Assembly: GCA_963822945.1 (NCBI GenBank)
Contig: CAWGJO010000020.1
Location: forward strand, 352,001 to 416,000
Direction: 5' to 3'
DNA length: 64,000 nt
Origin: an uncultured Gemmatimonadaceae bacterium
GTDB taxonomy: Bacteria; Gemmatimonadota; Gemmatimonadetes; Gemmatimonadales; Gemmatimonadaceae
In this document: positions 57,194 through 64,000 of the stretch, piece by piece
Numbering within the stretch: the stretch's first letter is position 1
Layout: each line of letters begins with the position of its first letter
Notes under the pieces: generated by a model
The model's database searches: none
What the model was told of the DNA's origin: nothing
What the model saw: only the letters and a program-made list of their open reading frames with translations
Program-made: the position numbers and the translations under genes

Positions 57194-58627
57194 ATGCGCA
57201 TCGACGTGATCACCCGAGCCGCCGCCGCCGCCGCACTGCTGCTGACGGCCGCCGTTGCCCCGCTCCGTGCCCAGCAGCCCACCGGCCCCGCCTCCATCAG
57301 CGGTGTCGCGTACGACAGCGTCCGCAACCGCCCGATGGATGGGGCGCAGATTGTGATCCAGGGCACCACGCTGCTCACCGTGGCCGGCCCGGACGGGCAC
57401 TTCCGCTTCGACAGCGTGCCGCCGGGCAAGTACCGGCTGCTCGCCGCGCATCCGATTCTCGACAGCATCGGCATTCAGTTGACGACACCGCCCATCACGG
57501 TGGCCGCCGGGCAGTCGCTCACGGTGAACATGGTGACGCCGCGGCCGGAGGCGTTGGTCAAGCAGCTCTGCCCCGCGGCGCGCCTCGCCCTCGGGCCCGC
57601 CGCGTTGTTCGGGCGCGTGCGCAATGCCGACACCGAGCAGCCGATCGCCAAGGCCCACGTCTCGATCGTCTGGACCTCGCTCGAGTTCGGCGGCCTGCGC
57701 AAGGTGCCGAAGATCCGCGAGGCCGTCACCGCCGCCGACGGCACGTACCGCATCTGCGGACTGCCCTCGACCTTCGACGGCAAGGTGCAGGTCCAGCACG
57801 ACGGCGTGACGAGCGGCGACGTGCCGGTCAGCTTCAGCAACGATGTGCTGCAACTGCGCAGCCTCAGCATTGCCGTGGCGGCCCCGGCCGCCATCGCCGC
57901 AGCGGGCGACACCAACCAGAAGTCGCAGCGCCCCGTGACCGTCGCCAAACTCAGTGGACGCGTGCTCAGCGTGACCGGGCAACCAGTGGCCGGCGCGCGC
58001 GTACAGCTGGAAGGCACCATCCACGCCGTGGACAGCCGCGCCGACGGCTCGTTCACTCTCGACAGTCTGCCCTCGGGCTCGCAGGTCGTCGTGGCCCGGC
58101 GCATCGGCTACAACCCGGTGGAGCAGGCGGTGGAACTCTCGGCCAGCAAGCCGGCCCGAACCACGCTGCGCTTCGACCAGGCCGTGACCCTCCTGCCCAC
58201 CGTCACCACCGAGGCGCAGCGTGTGAGCGGGCTCGACGCCGTGGGATTCACGCAGCGCGAGAAGTCCGGCATGGGCTTCTACATGGACGAGAAGACGATC
58301 GCCAGACGCCAGGCGCCCAAGTTCACCGACATCCTGCGCACGGTGCCCGGCATCCGCGTCCAGACCTCCGGCTACACCACGCAGGTATACGATGCCCGGA
58401 CGCAGGGCACCGGATGCGTGAACTACGTGGTGGACGGTTCGCCCTGGGTCTCCATGAACCCCGGCGATATCGACTCCTTCGTGCTGCCGGACAACGTCGG
58501 CGCCATCGAGGTGTACCACGGCGCTGAAACGCCGCCGCAGTTCGTGATTCCCGGCCAGGGCGGGTGCGCCACCATCGTCATCTGGACCAAGTGGCGGCTC
58601 GATCGCTTCAACAAGAAGAAGAAGTAG
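57194..58627 (+). CDS. Secreted protein with three carboxypeptidase-regulatory-like (Ig-like) domains and a C-terminal TonB plug-like domain
   Basis: Signal peptide (…LRAQQ); repeats ISGVAYDS / LFGRVRNA / LSGRVLS, each with DGxF/Y; DILRTVPGIRV, AIEVY, IVIWT. Confidence 0.85.
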   Translation: MRIDVITRAAAAAALLLTAAVAPLRAQQPTGPASISGVAYDSVRNRPMDGAQIVIQGTTLLTVAGPDGHFRFDSVPPGKYRLLAAHPILDSIGIQLTTPPITVAAGQSLTVNMVTPRPEALVKQLCPAARLALGPAALFGRVRNADTEQPIAKAHVSIVWTSLEFGGLRKVPKIREAVTAADGTYRICGLPSTFDGKVQVQHDGVTSGDVPVSFSNDVLQLRSLSIAVAAPAAIAAAGDTNQKSQRPVTVAKLSGRVLSVTGQPVAGARVQLEGTIHAVDSRADGSFTLDSLPSGSQVVVARRIGYNPVEQAVELSASKPARTTLRFDQAVTLLPTVTTEAQRVSGLDAVGFTQREKSGMGFYMDEKTIARRQAPKFTDILRTVPGIRVQTSGYTTQVYDARTQGTGCVNYVVDGSPWVSMNPGDIDSFVLPDNVGAIEVYHGAETPPQFVIPGQGGCATIVIWTKWRLDRFNKKKK

Positions 58628-58643
58628 CGGCCGGCAGATCGAA

Positions 58644-59591
58644 CTAGAGCAGTTCCTTGAGGCGGGCCACGTCCACGTTGCCGCCGCTCACGACGCACAC
58701 CACGCGCGCCCCCGCCGCAACCGGCAGCTTGCCGGCGATCAGGGCCGCCACCGCGGCGGCGCCCGCCGGCTCGGCCAGCAGCTTGGCCGACGACAGGATG
58801 ACGCCCATTGCGCGCGCGATCTCGTCGTCGGATACCACCACCACGTCGTCCACGTAGTGTTGCGCCGCCCAGAGGGGCAGCGCGCTCGTCATCGGCGCCG
58901 CCAGGCCGTCGGCGATCGTCTTCGGCGGATCGATGGCCGTCACCCGCCCGGCGTCGAGGCTCCGGCGCAACGCCTGCGCGCCCTCGGGCTCCACGCCGAA
59001 CACCTGCACGGACGGCTTCGCGTGTTTGGCCGCCACCGCGATCCCCGACAGCAGTCCCCCTCCGCCCACGGGCACGACGATCACGTCTACATCCGGAGCG
59101 TCTTCGACGATCTCGAGCCCCGTGGTGCCGGCGCCGGCCACCACGCGCGGGTCGTCGAACGGATGGACGAACACGTAGCCGTGCGTCTCCCCCAGTTCAC
59201 GCGCCTTGTCGAACATCGCCGAGCCCCACTCGTGCTGCACCACCTCGGCACCGTACCCGCGCGTAGCATCGAGCTTGGTCTGCGAAGCGTCGACCGGCAT
59301 CACAACCGTGCACCTGGTGCCGGCCGCGCGTGCGGCCCATGCCAGCGCCTGCGCGTGGTTCCCCGCCGACACGCCTACCACGCCCCGCGCCCGCTCGGCA
59401 TCCGAGAGCAGGCTGATGGCGTTGAGCGCGCCGCGCACCTTGAACGAGCCCGTCTTCTGCAGCAGTTCGGCCTTGAGGCGCAGCGATACGCCGGCCGTCT
59501 CGCCGATGCGGGTGGCCGAGAGCAGGGGTGTGCGATGTACGCGGCCGGCGATGCGCTCGCGGGCGGCGACGATGTCGGCGTGTGTGAGCAT
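58644..59591 (-). CDS. PLP-dependent threonine/serine dehydratase (no regulatory domain)
   Basis: KAELLQKTGSFKVRGA, SAGNHAQ, HPFDD, PVGGGGL, TIADGL, EPAGA, VSGGN. Confidence 0.94.
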   Translation of the reverse strand: MLTHADIVAARERIAGRVHRTPLLSATRIGETAGVSLRLKAELLQKTGSFKVRGALNAISLLSDAERARGVVGVSAGNHAQALAWAARAAGTRCTVVMPVDASQTKLDATRGYGAEVVQHEWGSAMFDKARELGETHGYVFVHPFDDPRVVAGAGTTGLEIVEDAPDVDVIVVPVGGGGLLSGIAVAAKHAKPSVQVFGVEPEGAQALRRSLDAGRVTAIDPPKTIADGLAAPMTSALPLWAAQHYVDDVVVVSDDEIARAMGVILSSAKLLAEPAGAAAVAALIAGKLPVAAGARVVCVVSGGNVDVARLKELL

Positions 59592-59699
59592 GCGGTGGCG
59601 GGATGGTGGGCTAGCAGGGTAGCGCATCACGCCGGTGTTTCGCAACGCCGCTTGCCCCGCTGGCGCCATACGGGGAAATTTCGGCCACTCGGAGGCCCC

Positions 59700-59993
59700 A
59701 TGTCCCGCATGAGCAACCCCGGCTGCATGCTGCGCACGATGAGCGCGCTGTTCGGCACCATCTTCCTGCCGGTGGGCGTCTCGTTCTTCTTCGTGCTGAA
59801 GCACCGACACTGGCCGGAGGGCGTCGGCGCCGTGCTCGCCGCCCTGGGCTTCTACTACGTCGCCTGGCGCGCCGAAGACATTCTCGGGCTGGACGAGATT
59901 TCCGACGGCGACGATCTCGTGTTTCCCGACCTCCCGTCGCCTGCCGACGACGCCCCGGCCCCACCATCCCACGACCAGGAGCCACACCCGTGA
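59700..59993 (+). CDS. Small hypothetical membrane protein (2 TM, acidic Pro-rich tail)
   Basis: GGAGG SD; GTGA coupling to the next gene. Confidence 0.75.
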   Translation: MSRMSNPGCMLRTMSALFGTIFLPVGVSFFFVLKHRHWPEGVGAVLAALGFYYVAWRAEDILGLDEISDGDDLVFPDLPSPADDAPAPPSHDQEPHP

Positions 59994-61069
59994 CCCGCCA
60001 TCGTCGCTGCCTCCCGTTCCTCCGGACCGTCGTGTTGCACGCCATCGTCCTCCTCGCTGCCCTGCCGGTCGTCGCCGCGGCGCAGTGGCGGTTGGCGGAC
60101 GCCGGGACGCGGGCCGAGTTCCGCGGGCTGAGCCTGGCCGGCGATCACGTGGCCTGGGCCAGCGGCACGCACGGCACCGTGGCCCGCAGCGTCGACGGCG
60201 GCGCGCACTGGACGCTGCTCCACGTCCCCGGCGCCGACTCGCTCGACCTCCGGTCGATCGCGGCGTTGGGACCCGATGCGGCGGTCGCCGCGAGTGCCGG
60301 CCCCGCCGAGAACGGACAGGCGCGGATGTTTCGCACCACCGACGCCGGCGCCACCTGGACACAGGTGTACACCACCAACCAGAAGGGGGTGTTCCTCGAC
60401 GCCCTCGCGTTCTGGGACGCCGGCCACGGCATCGCGCTGAGCGATCCTATCGACGGCAAGCTGTTCCTGCTCGTCACCGAAGACGGCGGCAGGAGCTGGA
60501 CGCGCGTGCCCCCCGGGGCACTGCCGCCGGCGCTGCCCGGCGAGGCGGCGTTCGCCGCCAGCGGCACGTGCGTGGCGGTGTGGGGCACCGGCGACGTGTG
60601 GATCGGCACCGGCGGCGGGGCGCGGGCACGGGTCTATCACTCGTCGGATCGCGGGCGCAGTTGGAGCGTGGCCGACACGCCGGTGCACGCAGGCAGCTCA
60701 GCCTCCGGAATCTTCGCGCTCGCCTTCCGCGACGCGGAGCACGGCGTGGCGGTGGGTGGCGACTACACGAAGCCGCACGGCGCCACCGTGAACGTGGCGC
60801 TCAGCGACGACGGCGGCCGCACGTGGCACGCGGCGCCCGGCATGCTGGTGCAGGCCTACCTCTCGGGGGTCGCCTGGGAGGGGTCGGGCCCCGTCGTGGC
60901 CGTCGGACTCGCCGGCACGGCACGGTCGAACGACCACGGCGCTTCGTGGACCATGGTCGACACCCTCCCGCTGAACGCCGTGCGATTCCGCGGCTCCGGG
61001 TTCGGCGTGGCCGCCGGTCCCCACGGCCGGCTGGCCCGCTGGGTGCCTCGCAACCCCGGCGCGCGTTAG
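59990..61069 (+). CDS. Secreted BNR/Asp-box beta-propeller protein (YCF48-like)
   Basis: Signal peptide; six Asp boxes (SVDGGAHW, TTDAGATW, TEDGGRSW, SSDRGRSW, SDDGGRTW, SNDHGASW); EAAFAASGT. Confidence 0.9.
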   Translation: MTRHRRCLPFLRTVVLHAIVLLAALPVVAAAQWRLADAGTRAEFRGLSLAGDHVAWASGTHGTVARSVDGGAHWTLLHVPGADSLDLRSIAALGPDAAVAASAGPAENGQARMFRTTDAGATWTQVYTTNQKGVFLDALAFWDAGHGIALSDPIDGKLFLLVTEDGGRSWTRVPPGALPPALPGEAAFAASGTCVAVWGTGDVWIGTGGGARARVYHSSDRGRSWSVADTPVHAGSSASGIFALAFRDAEHGVAVGGDYTKPHGATVNVALSDDGGRTWHAAPGMLVQAYLSGVAWEGSGPVVAVGLAGTARSNDHGASWTMVDTLPLNAVRFRGSGFGVAAGPHGRLARWVPRNPGAR

Positions 61070-61644
61070 GCGCCGGCCGCGGGCAGCGCGCCCGGTGCAT
61101 CCCGCTCGGGCACCGTCGTCACGCCACCCGAGAGTATGAACGCCATCACGTGCGCGCTGTCGGCGTCGAGCCGGCGCACGTTGGCCGAGGGGAAGACCAC
61201 CAGGTTTCCCGCGAAACCGTAGGACTGTGGCACGTACACGGTGGCGGAATCGGCTACGCCGAAGGCGTCCAGCGATTCCTGCGTGAGGAAGCCGAACACG
61301 CGGGCGCCACCGCCCACCGAGACGATCACCGGTTTGTCGAAGCGGCGGTGCTCCCCGACGAACGCGTTGAGCAGGTCGCGCGTGCTCGTGTAGAGCAGCC
61401 GCACGAACGGGAGCCGGGCGAACAGGGCATCCAGCCCGGTGCTGAGCGTCCGGGCAGCGAACGTCTGCGCCGCGAACCCGATGGCCGTGACCAACGCGAC
61501 CATCACCACGAACCCGGCGCCGGGGATCGGCAGCACCAACCAGTTGTCGATCGTCGTGAAGATCACGTAGCAGATGTACACCGTGATGAACACCGGCGCG
61601 GTGACGATCAGGCCCTTGAAGAAGTAGTTCAGGACGCGTGACAT
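61066..61644 (-). CDS. DUF502 family membrane protein
   Basis: YFFKGLIVTAP, RLPFVRLLY, FGFLT, VYVPQSY, FILSGG. Confidence 0.9.
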   Translation of the reverse strand: MSRVLNYFFKGLIVTAPVFITVYICYVIFTTIDNWLVLPIPGAGFVVMVALVTAIGFAAQTFAARTLSTGLDALFARLPFVRLLYTSTRDLLNAFVGEHRRFDKPVIVSVGGGARVFGFLTQESLDAFGVADSATVYVPQSYGFAGNLVVFPSANVRRLDADSAHVMAFILSGGVTTVPERDAPGALPAAGA

Positions 61645-61679
61645 GACGAACCCGGGAAGAATGGAAGAGACGGGCGGAC

Positions 61680-61712
61680 GCAACACGGGCTCCCGCCTGC
61701 GCGGGAGCCCGT
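61680..61712 (-). terminator. Strong hairpin, probably a terminator for a - strand transcript
   Basis: ACGGGCTCCCGC-ctgc-GCGGGAGCCCGT 12-bp stem, followed by GTTG on the - strand; 25 nt after TAA at 61738. Confidence 0.65.
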
Positions 61713-61737
61713 CGCGAGCGCCTGGCACTCGTGGAGC

Positions 61738-61824
61738 TTACTTGACCCGGAACGGAACCGAAAGCTCGGCGCGATCCCGGAAGAGCATGAGCACTCCGCG
61801 GGCGTGGGAGACGCCGAGTTTCAT
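61738..61824 (-). pseudogene. Short ORF or 3' gene remnant (MKLGVSHARGVLMLFRDRAELSVPFRVK*)
   Basis: GC3-rich codons, followed by a terminator-like hairpin; no upstream gene body in frame. Confidence 0.35.
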
Positions 61825-61930
61825 CCGGAGGAGCCGCCATGCGAGTCGGGGAGGCGGCGGCCCGGCGCAGTTCGTGACCCCGGAGCGCGTTCGCCGGTCG
61901 TTGTGAAAGGACACCTCAAGCGAGACGCAG

Positions 61931-62092
61931 ATGAAGAAGCTCCTCGGAACCGTGGGTGCAACGATCGGAAGCACCATAGGATGGTATGCCGCCGTCAAGC
62001 TCGGCTTCATGACCGCGTTCTTCGTGAGCACGATAGCGGGCGGGGTCGGCCTGTATTACGGTGTGAAGGCCGCGAACCAGTTGCTCGGCTAG
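61931..62092 (+). CDS. Small Gly-rich membrane protein (53 aa, 2 TM); not in the ORF track
   Basis: MKKLLGTVGATIGSTIGWYAAVKLGFMTAFFVSTIAGGVGLYYGVKAANQLLG*; GxxxG repeats; GAG SD-like. Confidence 0.78.
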   Translation: MKKLLGTVGATIGSTIGWYAAVKLGFMTAFFVSTIAGGVGLYYGVKAANQLLG

Positions 62093-62171
62093 TCGACAGC
62101 GCTGCCGGCATCTCGTGCGTTGACCTACGGGGCGTCGCGCCCCGTGCCATCCGCCATCTCACCCGAACGCC

Positions 62172-62763
62172 GTGACCCCTCTCGATCTCTCGAGCGACGT
62201 TAGCGCTCGTCGCCCTGTGTCTGTTGACGGTCAACCTGCTGCTCGGCCTCCTGCTCTCCATGCACTACAACCCGTGGAAGCACTGGCCACACCGCCGATT
62301 CAACTACTTCAAGGTCCACAACTGGACCGCGTACGTGGCCCTGGCGCTGGCCGCACTTCACGCCGTGTTGCTGCTGGCCGTCAAGACGCCCGTCTTCCGG
62401 TTCGTCGACGTCCTCTACCCGGTCAACGGGCCCAAGCAGCCCTGGATCAACAGCATCGGCGCGGCCTCGCTGTATGTGCTCATCGTCGTCGTGGTCACGT
62501 CGTACTACCGCGTGGCCATCGGGCGTGACCGGTGGAAGCTGCTCCACTACCTGACGTATCTGACCGCCGCGCTGTTCTTCGTGCACGGCGTGCTCACCGA
62601 TCCCACGCTCAAGGACGCGCCGATCGACTATCTGGACGGCGAGAAGGTGCTGATCGAGGTCTGCGCCCTGCTCGTGCTCGGCCTGTCGCTGTACCGGCTC
62701 CGATGGGCCATGCGCCGGAAGACCGCCCACAAGACCGTGGCGTCGCCGGCGCGGGCCGCCTGA
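62172..62763 (+). CDS. Ferric reductase-like transmembrane (heme b) domain protein; frameshift near 62202
   Basis: Removing one base gives MTPLDLSSDVALVALCLLTVN…; four TM His (VHNW, LHAV, LLHY, FVHG); VTS…R…WKLLHYLTY. Confidence 0.82.
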
Positions 62764-62775
62764 CCCGGCGGGCGA

Positions 62776-63012
62776 TCAGAGCAGCCGCTTGTACCGCTTC
62801 CGGCGGCGGGACTTGGCGGACCGCCGATATGGTTCCCGCGGCACGATGTCGCTGAGCGCCACCAGCGCCTGCTCGGCCGTATGCCGCGACAATTCCCAGC
62901 GCACGCGCGACCGCTTCTCGCGCTGGATCTTCTCCAGGCGCGCCCGGACTGCTCCCTCCCCCTCGGCCGCCGCGCGCGCCCGCCGCTCGCTCTCCGATGG
63001 TTTGCGACTCAT
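62776..63012 (-). CDS. Small, highly basic hypothetical protein
   Basis: 78-aa ORF fills the intergenic gap exactly; GAG SD-like; Arg/Lys-rich C-terminus. Confidence 0.55.
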   Translation of the reverse strand: MSRKPSESERRARAAAEGEGAVRARLEKIQREKRSRVRWELSRHTAEQALVALSDIVPREPYRRSAKSRRRKRYKRLL

Positions 63013-63104
63013 ATTCGCTCGTACGTAGTGGGCCCAGTCAAACTAACCCGCGGCGGCGCCGTGCCGTCACGATTCCCGCCGCGATGATCCGCCGGAACGC
63101 TCCA

Positions 63105-64000
<896 letters not shown>

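Overview
GC-rich core chromosomal segment, most likely from a Gemmatimonadota bacterium. The lineage is inferred from gene families and Gly/Arg-rich secreted proteins; there is no marker gene in the window. It holds about 50 CDS. I saw no rRNA, tRNA, CRISPR array, integrase or transposase. Main blocks: (1) SAM methyltransferase, glutathione peroxidase, Tat-exported GH29 fucosidase, and a Tat Gfo/Idh/MocA oxidoreductase paired with a DUF1080 lipoprotein. (2) A GlgE-pathway alpha-glucan cluster, with glgP divergent from glgE-treS/mak-glgX-glgB-malQ. (3) A CBM9/DUF5916 outer-membrane protein, DinB, a secreted GH38 mannosidase, and a secreted amidohydrolase divergent from a ~1440-aa M14 peptidase with an internal duplication. 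(4) DDAH, RidA, citrate synthase, TSUP transporter, EVE, ALDH and yggT-yggU. (5) metH-yitJ behind a SAM-II-like riboswitch and terminator, flanked by two PAS hybrid kinases. (6) Lipid genes, a degenerate HD-GYP protein, a barrel-less TonB-plug protein, Thr/Ser dehydratase, a BNR propeller, DUF502, a ferric-reductase-like protein and a partial omega-aminotransferase. About 20 single-base frameshifts, several in homopolymer runs, look like long-read assembly errors. The most notable items outside the ORF track are the SAM-II riboswitch, a recurring -10-like hexamer 5-7 nt before start codons (possible leaderless mRNAs) and several small ORFs. I found no unambiguous new multi-gene system. The best candidate is the divergent amidohydrolase/giant M14 pair.
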